From an uncultured virus (IMG/VR IMGVR_UViG_3300047499_000023) (Duplodnaviria; Heunggongvirae; Uroviricota; Caudoviricetes), in IMG/VR virus record IMGVR_UViG_3300047499_000023: a stretch of 64,000 nucleotides of DNA; one strand, 5' to 3'. The position numbers and the translations under genes are program-made. Position 1 is the first letter of the stretch. Every line of letters begins with the position of its first letter. Below the pieces are notes generated by a model. It saw only the letters and a list, made by a program, of their open reading frames with translations. It was not told where the DNA came from and searched no databases. This document shows, piece after piece, positions 43,065-53,452 of the stretch.

Positions 43065-45398
43065 ATGGCGAACGATGTAAAGCTAGACATCACCGGCGAT
43101 CCGTCGGGTCTAGCGGCCGCGCTCGAGGAGGCGAAGACCAAGGTGGTCGAAGCCTCGAGCGAGATGCGCGAATCGCTCGAGACCATCAACGAGTCGTTCA
43201 ACAAGATCAACGAGACTATCGTTGCGTTCACCGCGGTCCTCGCGGGCGCCGGCGCCTTTGGCGAGATCATCGCCTCGACGACCAATCTCAACTTCCAGTC
43301 GATGGAGTTGGGCAAGCAATTCGGCATCTCGGCGACGCAGGCCTCCGTTCTGAAAGAGGCGCTCAACCAGACCTTTCTCACGCAGGATCAATTCTCGGCC
43401 GCCGGCGCGCGCCTGACGCGCACGCTCTCGACCAACGAAGTGGCCGTGCGGGACTTGGGCGTTGAGACGCGCGAGGCCTCCGGCGGCTTCCGGCCGCTCG
43501 TCGACATCATGACCGATGTCAACGAGAAGCTCCTCGAGATGAAAGAGGGCGCCGATCGTAACGTCGAGGGCACCAAGGTCTACGGCCGCGGCTGGTCGCA
43601 GGTGATCGACATCCTGCGGCTCACCAAGGAGTCGATGGCGGAGGCCGATCAGGGCGCCACCGAACTGAATCTCAAGGTGTCGCAGGAGAGCCTCGCCGCC
43701 ACGCTCAAGTACAAGTCCGCCGTCGTCGAGATGAACGAGACGCTCGAGGCGGTCCGGAACACGATTGGCCTTGCGCTCCTGCCGGCGCTCACGGATGCGG
43801 CCAACTGGTTTAGGTCCACGGGCCCGGCGGCGATCGCCAACACCCGCGAGGCGATCCGCGGCATCGTCACCGTCTTCGCCGTCCTCCGGAACGAGCTCAA
43901 GGACGAGGTCGATTTCATCGTCGGCGAGTTCGTCTCGCTCGTGACCGAGATCGAGGGCGACGCCAAGGCGATCAACAAGGCGCTGCATTTCGATTGGGCG
44001 GGCGTCACCGCCGAGCTCAAGGAAAAGACCGACGAGCAAAAGGCGATCTACGCGCAGTACCAGGACGACCTGGTCGCCAACAAGAAGCAGGCGAACGACC
44101 TGATCGCCTCGCTCGATGCGAACTTCTCGAACCAGAACACGCCCACCGCGGCGCCCGGGGGTGGCGAGGGCGCCGACCCGGCCAAGGGGAAGGACGACAG
44201 CCGGAAGCTCCTGGACGAACGACTCGCGCTGCTCGAGAAGGAATTCCGGGCCGACGCCGAGTACGTCGACAAGATGCGCGAGGCCCAGGAGCAGGCCTAC
44301 AAGGCGGAGGAGGCCGCGTTCTCCAAAGCGGCGAGCCAGCGCATCGCGATCGCAGAGCAGGAGGTCGCGCTCGAGGCGGCCGCCTACGGCAAAGGATCGC
44401 CCCAGTACGAGGCCGCCCAAAAGCATCTCGTCGAGGTTCAGCAGCAGGCGCAGGAGCAGCTCCGTCAGATGGCGGACGCCTTTGCGAAGGTCGAGGACGA
44501 GCGTCAGCAGCAATCGCTCGCCGAAGACGAGAAGATCCTGCAGGAGAAATTCCAGCGGCACGAGATCAGCAACGCGCAGCTCCTCGCGGGCGAGATCGCG
44601 CTCGAGGACAAGCGGGCAGCGCTCGCGCTCAAGGCGGCCGAAGAACAGAAGGCGTTGATCGACCCGCTGCACGACCCGGTCGCGTACGCCAAGATCCTCG
44701 CGGACATCGAATCGCTGGAACTGCAGCACGACAACCGCATTTCGCAGATCCGGAAGGAAGCTGCGCAGCGCGATCGACAGGTGTGGGACTCCTTGAACAA
44801 GGAGATCCAGAGCGGCTTCGCATCGAACATCACGAAGCTGGTTGAGGGCACCGAGACGTTCAGCCAGGCGATGCGAAACCTGCTGAAAGACGTGCTCAAT
44901 TCCATCATCCAATTCCTTGCGCAGTGGGTGGTGCAACACGCGGCGACGATGCTCGCGAACCTGGTGCAGACCAAGGTCACGGCCCTCGGGCAAATTCAGG
45001 CGAATGCCGGTGTCGCCGGCGCCGCCGGCGTCGCATCGTTCGCGGGCGCGCCCTGGCCCCTGGACGTGGGCGCCCCGGCGTTCGGCGCCGAGGCCGCGTC
45101 CGCTGCCGCGAGTTTCTCGACCCTGTCCGCCGAAGGCGGGTACGACATCCCGCGCGGCATCAATCCTCGAGTGCAATTGCACGAAGAGGAAATGGTGTTG
45201 CCGTCGCCCATCTCCAAGGGGCTCCGCAACCTCATTGCCGCGAACGATGGGGGCGGCCGGGGAAGCCGCGGCGGCGCGGGCGATACCAACATCAGCGTCA
45301 GCGCCATGGACTCGAAGTCCGTCGAACGTGCGCTCAGGGGCAACAATGGCCCGCTGCACAAGGCGATGCGGGACCTCAATCGGCGTAAGGCGAGATGA
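43065..45398 (+). CDS. tape measure protein
   Basis: 777 aa Ala/Glu-rich helical protein; C-terminal SAEGGYDIP...LH..EMVLP. Confidence 0.9.
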   Translation: MANDVKLDITGDPSGLAAALEEAKTKVVEASSEMRESLETINESFNKINETIVAFTAVLAGAGAFGEIIASTTNLNFQSMELGKQFGISATQASVLKEALNQTFLTQDQFSAAGARLTRTLSTNEVAVRDLGVETREASGGFRPLVDIMTDVNEKLLEMKEGADRNVEGTKVYGRGWSQVIDILRLTKESMAEADQGATELNLKVSQESLAATLKYKSAVVEMNETLEAVRNTIGLALLPALTDAANWFRSTGPAAIANTREAIRGIVTVFAVLRNELKDEVDFIVGEFVSLVTEIEGDAKAINKALHFDWAGVTAELKEKTDEQKAIYAQYQDDLVANKKQANDLIASLDANFSNQNTPTAAPGGGEGADPAKGKDDSRKLLDERLALLEKEFRADAEYVDKMREAQEQAYKAEEAAFSKAASQRIAIAEQEVALEAAAYGKGSPQYEAAQKHLVEVQQQAQEQLRQMADAFAKVEDERQQQSLAEDEKILQEKFQRHEISNAQLLAGEIALEDKRAALALKAAEEQKALIDPLHDPVAYAKILADIESLELQHDNRISQIRKEAAQRDRQVWDSLNKEIQSGFASNITKLVEGTETFSQAMRNLLKDVLNSIIQFLAQWVVQHAATMLANLVQTKVTALGQIQANAGVAGAAGVASFAGAPWPLDVGAPAFGAEAASAAASFSTLSAEGGYDIPRGINPRVQLHEEEMVLPSPISKGLRNLIAANDGGGRGSRGGAGDTNISVSAMDSKSVERALRGNNGPLHKAMRDLNRRKAR

Positions 45399-46045
45399 GC
45401 AACAACATCTACCCGACGCTGCCCGGCCTTACCTTCGATTCCGTCCGGAGCCCGAGTTTCAACACCGGGATCCAGCAGGCGCTCACGGGCAAGGAATCGC
45501 GCATCGCCTATCAGATGTACCCGCTCTATAAGTGGGAACTGATCTACGAGATCCTCCGCGGGTATTTGACGCCCAGCGAAGAGCGGGCGCTCCGCGGGAT
45601 CTATATCGCCGCGCAGGGGAGTTTTGGGAGCTTCCTGTACTCGGACCCGCAGTTCAATTCCGTCACCGCGATGCAATTCGCCGTGGCCGACGGGACGGCG
45701 GGGCCGTTCCAGATCACGGCGACCGATCAAAACACCGGCGGTTCCGGGTCGTTCTATTACGGTGGGCCCGAGATCATCCAGGATTTCAACGGCGTGCCGC
45801 TGATCTATTCGAACGGCGTGCTGCAGACGCCGACGGCGTACTACACGCTCGGCCCGACGACGACGCTCGCCTCCGGAGCGATTCAGTTCACCGCCGGCCA
45901 CATCCCCGCCGCGGGCGCCGTGCTGACCTGGACGGGCTCGTTTTACTACCGCGTGCGATTCGACGATGACCAGCTCGACGTGAGCCAGTTCATGGAGAAC
46001 TTCTACGAAGTGAAGAAGGTTCGATTGCGGCAGGTGAGACTTTGA
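45395..46045 (+). CDS. distal tail protein (DUF2460-like)
   Basis: P.LPGL, G.E.R, G.F.SFL..DP, LTW.G.FY..VRFD.D. Confidence 0.85.
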   Translation: MSNNIYPTLPGLTFDSVRSPSFNTGIQQALTGKESRIAYQMYPLYKWELIYEILRGYLTPSEERALRGIYIAAQGSFGSFLYSDPQFNSVTAMQFAVADGTAGPFQITATDQNTGGSGSFYYGGPEIIQDFNGVPLIYSNGVLQTPTAYYTLGPTTTLASGAIQFTAGHIPAAGAVLTWTGSFYYRVRFDDDQLDVSQFMENFYEVKKVRLRQVRL

Positions 46046-47124
46046 AGAACGCAAGTCCCGCCACGCTCGCGATCTTAGCCTCGGGCGCGTACATCAAGTT
46101 CGAATGCTGGCAGATCACGATCCCGCCGTCGTACGCCGGCGCGGCCGCCCAGAATTATTACTTCGTCTCGAGCGACACGGGCCCACTCGTGGTGGGCGGC
46201 ATCACCTACGCCGGCGGCCTGATCTTCGAGCGCGACGACATCCGCGTCCGAAACGGTACCGAGGTCGGGTCGCTCGACGTGAACGTGTCGCCGCAGTTCG
46301 ATTACCCGCAAGGGCAGCCGCTGATCGCCGGCGGCACGTTCCTCTCGCAACTGCGGGCGGGTGTCTTCGACAACGCGACTTGGCTCCTGTCGAAAGGATT
46401 CTTCCTGCCTTCCGGGTCGAACGCCGTCACCGCCAACGGCTACACCTACACGCCGCCGCCGGCGGGCACCCAGCTCGACACATCGCCCGGGCTCGTGCCC
46501 TGGTGGGCCGGCGTCACGAGCGAAGTGCAGGCCGGGCGCCAGATGGCGTATCTCACGCTCGATGAGGCGACCTCGATCCTCGCCAATCAGCAGATGCCGC
46601 GGAACATGATCCAGGCGGGATGCGTGCACCGCCTGTTTGATGCCGGCTGCACCTTGAACGCCGCGCAGAACACCTACACGGGGACGCTCTCCGCGGTCTC
46701 GCCGCCCAACGTCGTGACGACATCGCTCGCGTCGTCTGGCTTTGCCAACGGCTATTTCAATCTCGGCATCGTGACGTTCAAATCGGGCGTGCTCAACGGC
46801 TCGAGCTTCACGGTGGCGCAGTCGGTGGGCTCGGCCGGGTCGGTGGTGCTCACGACCATCCAGCCGCTGCCCTCGACCCCGTCCGATGGCGATTCGTTCT
46901 CGATCGTGCCGGGATGCGACAAGACATTCCCGACGTGCTCGAGCGGCAAGTTCAAGCTGCCCACGGGCTCCTTCGGTTCTAATGCCGCGCACTATCGCGG
47001 TTGCCCGTTCGTGCCGCAGCCGGAGACGCTCTACGACGGCGGCACGGGCTCGCAGACGCTGCCCTCGATCGGCACGCAAGGCAAGCCCGGCTTGGGCTCC
47101 CCATTCAGCGGGAAGCGCTACTGA
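46042..47124 (+). CDS. baseplate hub protein (DUF2163/BR0599-like)
   Basis: G.FD.A, PR...Q..C...L.D..C, PGCDK...TC, Y.G.PFVP.PE. Confidence 0.88.
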   Translation: MKNASPATLAILASGAYIKFECWQITIPPSYAGAAAQNYYFVSSDTGPLVVGGITYAGGLIFERDDIRVRNGTEVGSLDVNVSPQFDYPQGQPLIAGGTFLSQLRAGVFDNATWLLSKGFFLPSGSNAVTANGYTYTPPPAGTQLDTSPGLVPWWAGVTSEVQAGRQMAYLTLDEATSILANQQMPRNMIQAGCVHRLFDAGCTLNAAQNTYTGTLSAVSPPNVVTTSLASSGFANGYFNLGIVTFKSGVLNGSSFTVAQSVGSAGSVVLTTIQPLPSTPSDGDSFSIVPGCDKTFPTCSSGKFKLPTGSFGSNAAHYRGCPFVPQPETLYDGGTGSQTLPSIGTQGKPGLGSPFSGKRY

Positions 47125-47558
47125 TGGATCGTCGCCGGCGGCAGGTGTTGAACGAAGCGCGTTCGTGGATCGGCACGCCCTACCATCACGGTCAGTGCCT
47201 GAAAGGCATAGGCGTCGACTGCGTCTGGATCATGATCGCGGTCTATCGAACCATCGGCGTCGTGCCGAGGAACTACTCGCCGGGCAGCTACACCCGCGAC
47301 TGGTACATGCATCGCCACGAGGAGCTCTATCTCGAGGGCGTCAAGCAGTACGCTCGACCGCTGCCGATCGGCGTCCCGCCGCTGCCCGGCGATGTGGCGC
47401 TCTACAAGATCGGCCGCTGCGTCTCGCACGGCGCGATCATCGTGGACGATGAGCACGTCATTCACGCCTACCGGAAGGACAAGAAAGTCACGATGGGGCT
47501 TCGTCGCGAGCCCAATCTCGCGAACTACTTCCACAGTTATTGGAGCCCGTTTCGATGA
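47124..47558 (+). CDS. NlpC/P60 tail-associated peptidase
   Basis: A.SWIGTPY.H, GVDC, SHGAI, IHA. Confidence 0.9.
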   Translation: MDRRRRQVLNEARSWIGTPYHHGQCLKGIGVDCVWIMIAVYRTIGVVPRNYSPGSYTRDWYMHRHEELYLEGVKQYARPLPIGVPPLPGDVALYKIGRCVSHGAIIVDDEHVIHAYRKDKKVTMGLRREPNLANYFHSYWSPFR

Positions 47559-50500
47559 GCGGTCTTTTCGGCAAACCGCCCGCCGCGGTCGTTCCGACGC
47601 AATTGAATTCGATCAACGTCGACCAGTCGCGCTACGGGGATCCGGTGCCGCTCGTCTACGGAGTCCAGCGCATCAAGATGACGCTGCTTTGGTATGGCGA
47701 TTTCACGTCGACGGCGCAGTACAACAATTCGGGCAAAGGCGGCCACGGTCCGCCGTCGAACTATTCGTACGCCGCGAGCTGCGTGATGGGTCTTTGCGAA
47801 GGGCCGATCGCCGGCATCCTGCAGGTATGGAAGGATAAGGACCTCACGTCGCTCTCGACGGAGAACCTGACGGCGTTCTACGGTGCCGCCGGCCAAGCGC
47901 CGTGGGCGTATCTCACGGAAAACTTCCCGCTGCAGGCGGTACCGTACGACCACACCGCCTACGTGGCGGAGGCCAATCTCGCCCTGGGCGGCTCTGCGGC
48001 GCTCCCCAATTACACTTTCGAGGTACAGGGGTTCCTGGCGCAGCCGGGCACGGCGTTCAGCTTCGTGAGCGGCCTGGCCGCGAACTCTTATCAGGGGCAG
48101 GTGGCCGGGACATCGCCGGTCCCCGACGGCATCTGGGACGTGACGTTCTCGGATCACGAATCGCGAACCTGCACGTTCGCGACGTCCGCGGGCGTGACCA
48201 TCTGTTCGTGGGATTCGACGTTGGGGCTGGTCAACGCGGTCACGTCCGCGGCGATCGCCGGCGGCTACGATGCGGAGCCCTCCGCGATCCTGATCGACTA
48301 TTGCACCGACGTAAATCACGGCGCCGGGTTTGGCAATCTCAATATCTCGCAGATCACCGCTCACTCGTGGAGCAATGGCGGCCCGACCTACTACGACAGC
48401 TTTAAAACGTACTGCACGGCGTACGGGCTTTTCATCTCGCCGTGGGAAGACACACAGCGCGCGGCCACCGACTTCATCAAAGACCTCCTCGAGATCGGCA
48501 ACTCCAACTGCGTGATGTCGGCCGGCGTGATGAACATCGTGCCGTACGGCGATGTGCCGATCACCGGCAATGGCGTCACCTACACGCCAAACCTCGAGCC
48601 GCTGTTCTCCTTCACGGACAGCGACTACATGAAGAACAATCAGGGGAACAACGATGACCCGGTCGTGGTCATCCGCAAGCCCCTGACGGAGACGTATAAC
48701 GTCGTCCGCGTCGAATTTCTGGATCGCGGGAATTCCTACAACACCGCGCTCGCCGAATGGACCGACCCGCTCGATATCGCGGTCAACGGGATTCGCGTCA
48801 TGGCGAACAAGTCCTTCCACCAGATTTGCGATGCGCGAGTCGCCGGCCAGGTCGCGGCGCTCATCGGGCAGCGGCAACTGTACGTCCGGAACACCTATCA
48901 ATTCACGGTGCGCGCGGACTACTCGATCCTCGAGCCCATGGATCTCGTCTCGATCACCGACTCGAATCTCGGGATAAATGACCTCCTGGTCCGGATCACC
49001 GAGACGCAGGACGACAAGGACGACGTTTTCACGATCACGGCCGAGGACGTGCTCGTCGGGACGGCGAGCGCGCCCAAATACAATTTCCAGTTTGCGCAAG
49101 GGTACGCCGCGAACTTCGCAACGCTCCCGTTCCTCGCGGCCGCGCCGGTGGTCTTCTCGGTCCCGGCCCCGCTGGTCGGCGCCGGCGGCGGCTACGAGCT
49201 CGCCATCGCCGTCGGCCCCGGCACCACGGTCTACGGCGGCGGCACGAACGGTGACTGGGGCGGATGCGACGCCTATGGGTCGCTCGATGGGGTGACGTAT
49301 CGCTACATCGGCCGCGTATCGGGTGCCGCCCGCTACGGGACGATCATGTCGGCGATCACCGCGACGGCGCTCTCGGTCAACCTCGAGCTCACGGCTGGCG
49401 CCATCGAGCTCGGCCTGCAAATGGAGAACGCCACCACGGCGGACTTCGCCGCCAACCGGGCGCTCCTGTATTTGGACGGGGAGATCGTCGGTTTCGAGTA
49501 CGTGACCTCGATCGGCTCCGGCCAGTATGAAGTGGCGATCTCGAGGGGCCTATTCGGCACCACCGCGGTCGCGCACGCCGCCGGCGCATCCTGGGCGCGT
49601 CTCGATCAATCGATCCTGTACTTCACCTTCGATCCGGGCATGGTGGGCTCGACGCTGTACATGGAGTTTACGGCGTTCAATTCGGTCGGCCGAAACGAAC
49701 AGCCGCAGAGTGAGTCGACCGTCTTCACCCATCTGATCGAGGTTCAGAACGGCAGCCAGCTTCTGGGCGGTCCGCTGACGCTTCAAGGCACAGGCGTCGG
49801 CATCGTCGGCAATTCGGTGTTCAAGACGACGAACACTGCGGCCTGGGATTCGGGCGCCTGGTCGTTGCAGGGGTATTCCGGCGGCGCATTCGTCACGTTC
49901 ACCGCGACCGACACGGTGTCGGACGTGATGATGGGGCTGAATGCCGCGAACGGATATCAGGCGTATACGACGCTCGCCTACGCGATCTATTGCAACACCA
50001 GCGGCGAGCTCTACTGCTGGGAATCGGGCGTGCAGCACGATCTCGGCTCGACCTTCCAAGCCGGGGACGTGCTGTCGATCATCTACAACGGCGTGAATGT
50101 CGTTTACACGCAGAACGGCAATCAGCTTCGCAAGGTGAACGCGCCCGCCGGATTGACGCTTTATCTCAATTCGGACTTCTACACCTATCAGGCGAAACTC
50201 TCCGCCATTACGTTTGGGCCGTACGGCGCATCGACGCCGGTGCTTTGGGCAACTCGTGGCCTTGCGCTCGCAAGTGATTCGTACGCGTTCAAAGGCGGCG
50301 GCTCTGCTACGTGGAATAGCGACGATGCGTACAGCATCCAGTCGTACTCCACATGCAACATAGTTTTCAAAGCCAACAATATTGCGAGTCAATTGTTGGT
50401 GGGGTTTGTCGTGGCCGTGCCGGCGTCGCCCGGCTACACGACGATGTACGGCTTCGATTTAAATTCGAACGCGATCGATGGGCAGTGGACGATATACGAA

Positions 50501-51193
50501 CTGGGTGCCTCCACCGGGGTCACAGGGGTATACGGCACCGCCACTCGATTCTCGATCACCTACGACGGCACGAATCTCGTTTACGCGGTCGACGGCAACA
50601 CCGTGCGGACAAAGGCGCTTTCCGCGAGCGCGTTGTTTGCCTACCTCGATTTTTATTCGGTTGGCGCCGGCGTCAACTCGCTCGACTTCGGCCCGGGGAC
50701 CACGGTCCCGTTGATCGACTCGACCGGCATCGGCGCACAGGCGGCGACCGAGATCATCAGCTTGGCCGTCCAGGGCCCGGTCAACGTCCCGAACGGCGCT
50801 CCCTACAGCGGCGTGTTTGCCGGTAATTCGACGGCGGTGACTTTCGTCCCGGGGTGCGAGATCGCGGTACCGGCACAGACCCAGCCGTGTCTTGCGACCC
50901 TGATCGTTTCGTTCACCGCCGAATGCGCCACGGCGCCCTCGAGCTCGGTAGACCCCTATCAGGCCTACACCACCGGCGGGTGTGATCAGGCGGGAAACGT
51001 GCAGGGCGGCGAAACGTACACCTACTTCGGCGTCTTCTCGGAGAACCCGACGCAATTCACGGTCACGCGCACGTTCTCGCTTCTCGAAAATGTCGCCTGC
51101 AATATCGGCTTGCTCGCGGCATTCGTGGCGTCGGTCGGCGTCGAGGTCACATTCAGCAATGTCAATTCGCGCGTCGAAATCATCAAGAAATGA
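47555..51193 (+). CDS. tail tip / central fibre protein
   Basis: S.YG.PVP.VYG, GKGG, LCEGPI, LPNY.FEV, LEPMD, RG.FGT....H..G; C-terminal tandem beta-sandwich repeats. Confidence 0.9.
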   Translation: MSGLFGKPPAAVVPTQLNSINVDQSRYGDPVPLVYGVQRIKMTLLWYGDFTSTAQYNNSGKGGHGPPSNYSYAASCVMGLCEGPIAGILQVWKDKDLTSLSTENLTAFYGAAGQAPWAYLTENFPLQAVPYDHTAYVAEANLALGGSAALPNYTFEVQGFLAQPGTAFSFVSGLAANSYQGQVAGTSPVPDGIWDVTFSDHESRTCTFATSAGVTICSWDSTLGLVNAVTSAAIAGGYDAEPSAILIDYCTDVNHGAGFGNLNISQITAHSWSNGGPTYYDSFKTYCTAYGLFISPWEDTQRAATDFIKDLLEIGNSNCVMSAGVMNIVPYGDVPITGNGVTYTPNLEPLFSFTDSDYMKNNQGNNDDPVVVIRKPLTETYNVVRVEFLDRGNSYNTALAEWTDPLDIAVNGIRVMANKSFHQICDARVAGQVAALIGQRQLYVRNTYQFTVRADYSILEPMDLVSITDSNLGINDLLVRITETQDDKDDVFTITAEDVLVGTASAPKYNFQFAQGYAANFATLPFLAAAPVVFSVPAPLVGAGGGYELAIAVGPGTTVYGGGTNGDWGGCDAYGSLDGVTYRYIGRVSGAARYGTIMSAITATALSVNLELTAGAIELGLQMENATTADFAANRALLYLDGEIVGFEYVTSIGSGQYEVAISRGLFGTTAVAHAAGASWARLDQSILYFTFDPGMVGSTLYMEFTAFNSVGRNEQPQSESTVFTHLIEVQNGSQLLGGPLTLQGTGVGIVGNSVFKTTNTAAWDSGAWSLQGYSGGAFVTFTATDTVSDVMMGLNAANGYQAYTTLAYAIYCNTSGELYCWESGVQHDLGSTFQAGDVLSIIYNGVNVVYTQNGNQLRKVNAPAGLTLYLNSDFYTYQAKLSAITFGPYGASTPVLWATRGLALASDSYAFKGGGSATWNSDDAYSIQSYSTCNIVFKANNIASQLLVGFVVAVPASPGYTTMYGFDLNSNAIDGQWTIYELGASTGVTGVYGTATRFSITYDGTNLVYAVDGNTVRTKALSASALFAYLDFYSVGAGVNSLDFGPGTTVPLIDSTGIGAQAATEIISLAVQGPVNVPNGAPYSGVFAGNSTAVTFVPGCEIAVPAQTQPCLATLIVSFTAECATAPSSSVDPYQAYTTGGCDQAGNVQGGETYTYFGVFSENPTQFTVTRTFSLLENVACNIGLLAAFVASVGVEVTFSNVNSRVEIIKK

Positions 51194-51534
51194 AACAGTA
51201 TTCGACCTATCGATTGACCGACGGCGTGATCGTCGCGCATCTCGAGGCGCAGAGCGATGCGGCCATCAAAGCCAACACGCCGGCCGGGCATGCCCTGGTC
51301 GAAGGGCATCATGATCCCAAATCGGTGCGCATCGACACGACGACCGGCAAGCCCGTGCCGTACGCGTCGCCGGCGGACCCGCTCGCGATCAAGCGTGAGG
51401 CGCGCGCCGCGATCGCGAGGCTGGAGGCCTCGCAGCATCGTGCGGTGCGTGAGGCGCTGATCGGTATCGCCGGCGCCGCGGATCGCTTAAAGGCGATCGA
51501 CGAACAGATTGCCGCCCATCGCAAAGACCTATGA
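51190..51534 (+). CDS. tail fibre assembly-like protein
   Basis: I..LE..Q.R.+REA.......L..I...I...R C-terminus; coupled to tail tip. Confidence 0.65.
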   Translation: MKQYSTYRLTDGVIVAHLEAQSDAAIKANTPAGHALVEGHHDPKSVRIDTTTGKPVPYASPADPLAIKREARAAIARLEASQHRAVREALIGIAGAADRLKAIDEQIAAHRKDL

Positions 51535-51869
51535 AGATCGCGGCGGTTGGCATCGTGCTCGCGTTGTCGGGATGCGTCCTCGCGCCTGACTCGGTGCGGC
51601 CGGAGCTCGAGCACCTGTCGCACCTGACACAGCACGAGCCGTTCACGGATCACCCGACCGACTACGGGGCGAACACGGTGAATCTGATCGCCCACTGGGA
51701 TCTCCCGGCGCGCGCCTATCTCGAGGTCGGCGAGGGGTATGACCTGAGCCGCCACTATCCGCAGACGCGCACCGCCGGCGCGAGCGATGGCGAGATCATC
51801 GGTCCGCGCGAGGAATTTACCGCCCGTTTTGGAATTGTGATTGGCATCCCGCACAGGAGTACGAAATGA
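51531..51869 (+). CDS. lipoprotein
   Basis: MKIAAVGIVLALSG-C lipobox. Confidence 0.75.
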   Translation: MKIAAVGIVLALSGCVLAPDSVRPELEHLSHLTQHEPFTDHPTDYGANTVNLIAHWDLPARAYLEVGEGYDLSRHYPQTRTAGASDGEIIGPREEFTARFGIVIGIPHRSTK

Positions 51870-52282
51870 CCAATGCCGTCGATATCGCCGTGCCGCGCCT
51901 CGCGCGAGAGGAAGCGTTCAAGCCGTTCAAGTACAAAGATCCGCGCGGGCACGAGACGATCGCGTATGGGTTCAACATCGACGCGGGCATTTCGCAGTAC
52001 GCGGCGCTCGCGCTCCTGCAGGCGCAGTCCGAGGAGCGGCATATCGCGCTCGGCAAATTCCCCTGGTACGCGACCCTCGATCCGCCGCGCCAGTCCGTGT
52101 TCGTCGACCTGTCGTTCAATGATGGGATCGAGGGGCTCCTGCACTTTCACAAGACGATCACGGCGACGGCGGCCGCCAACTGGCAGACCGCGCACGACGA
52201 GCTCTTAGACTCGGACGCCGCGCGCGAACTGCCCAGCCGCTACAAGCCGCTTGCGCAAATTATGCTGACGGGGGCCGTGTGA
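51866..52282 (+). CDS. endolysin, T4-lysozyme-like GH24
   Basis: E-x8-D-x5-T triad (EAFKPFKYKDPRGHETIAYG), FN.G, ELLDS. Confidence 0.88.
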   Translation: MTNAVDIAVPRLAREEAFKPFKYKDPRGHETIAYGFNIDAGISQYAALALLQAQSEERHIALGKFPWYATLDPPRQSVFVDLSFNDGIEGLLHFHKTITATAAANWQTAHDELLDSDAARELPSRYKPLAQIMLTGAV

Positions 52283-52659
52283 AGACGCCTCCCGCGCGGC
52301 GCCGTTGGGTGTCGTCTGTGCCTGGTTTTCAACCGAGCATCTCGCAGAAGGTGCGCACCGCGTTGATCGAGTCAGGCAACGAAGACCTGGTCAACGAAAT
52401 CTATACCGATGCGCTGTCCCAGTTTGAGGAACGTATCTACGTCCTCGAGCGGGACGTGCGCCTATTGCAACAAGCCGAGCAGGATCGAATTACGCGATCC
52501 GGCGTCTGGACCATCGTCAAAGGCAAACTCGATTCCGAGGCCGTCGATTGGATGCGATGGGCAGCCCGCATTACCGCGGGCGCCATCATCGGCGCCGTCG
52601 TCACCGGAATCTTTTGGTTTGCGAAGTATCTCTGGTCGTCGTCGCACGGGTCTGGATAG
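52279..52659 (+). CDS. membrane protein in the lysis region
   Basis: Short coiled coil then a C-terminal TM helix. Confidence 0.6.
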   Translation: MKTPPARRRWVSSVPGFQPSISQKVRTALIESGNEDLVNEIYTDALSQFEERIYVLERDVRLLQQAEQDRITRSGVWTIVKGKLDSEAVDWMRWAARITAGAIIGAVVTGIFWFAKYLWSSSHGSG

Positions 52660-52692
52660 AGAACGGTCAAATCATGGAGCAGAAGTCCCGAG

Positions 52693-53109
52693 ATGAACGC
52701 GCATCAGATCATCATTGCACTCGAATGCCTGGGGCTGCTCCTCTCCGGAGCAATCCTCGCGATCATTCTGTGGTACCGCCCGAAGATCGATCGACATTTG
52801 CAGCAGAAACTGCCGCTGCAATCAGGGCATGAGGAACTGCGAAACGCCATCGAAGACGCGGCGATCGAGACGGCCGCGATTGTCCGTGAGGAGGGCGAGT
52901 CGGTGCGCGTTGCGATCGACGGAGTGACTGAGGCCAACCGGCTCGATCATCGCGAGATGAGCACGCAGCTCAGAACCGTATCCGGCCGTGCGCAATGGCT
53001 CGTTGCCAATTCGCTCTCGGAAAAACTCGACGAGATCAAAAAGGAAAAAGGGGACGTTCCTAACACGCCTTCTCAACCGCAACCCACGGAGGATTCTGAT
53101 CATGGCTGA
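52693..53109 (+). CDS. N-anchored membrane protein in the lysis region
   Basis: N-terminal TM helix, helical remainder. Confidence 0.6.
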   Translation: MNAHQIIIALECLGLLLSGAILAIILWYRPKIDRHLQQKLPLQSGHEELRNAIEDAAIETAAIVREEGESVRVAIDGVTEANRLDHREMSTQLRTVSGRAQWLVANSLSEKLDEIKKEKGDVPNTPSQPQPTEDSDHG

Positions 53110-53440
53110 TGATTCAATGACGTCGACGCCGGCCGCCTCGAGCACGCCGGCGCAACTGCCGGCGACGCCCTGGTACAACTCGAAGGTGCAGATCGCGCAG
53201 GTGGTCGCGCTCGTCTCGGCGCTCACCGCCATCTCGCCGAAGATCGCGAGCACGCTGGGGCTCACGAGCCTCGCCGCGATCCAAACGACCGTCGAGGCGG
53301 TGTTCGGCACCATCGCGTTCATCGCGCCCGTCGTCGGGACCTGGTTCCGCGCCAAGTCCACCGTGCAGCCGCTGACGCTGACCCAGGCGGCCGCGGATGC
53401 GCACCCGGCAACCCTCGTTGCCAATTCTCAAACCAAGTAA
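53102..53440 (+). CDS. putative holin
   Basis: PWY.SK followed by two hydrophobic helices; GGAGG RBS. Confidence 0.6.
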   Translation: MADDSMTSTPAASSTPAQLPATPWYNSKVQIAQVVALVSALTAISPKIASTLGLTSLAAIQTTVEAVFGTIAFIAPVVGTWFRAKSTVQPLTLTQAAADAHPATLVANSQTK

Positions 53441-53452
53441 AGGAAGTTCCCC

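Noticed and set aside
43110..45359. 749-aa minus-strand ORF, and similar long antisense ORFs at 25689-27245, 47537-49420 and 4396-5970
   Set aside because: Shadow frames of real genes in high-GC DNA; no recognisable motifs
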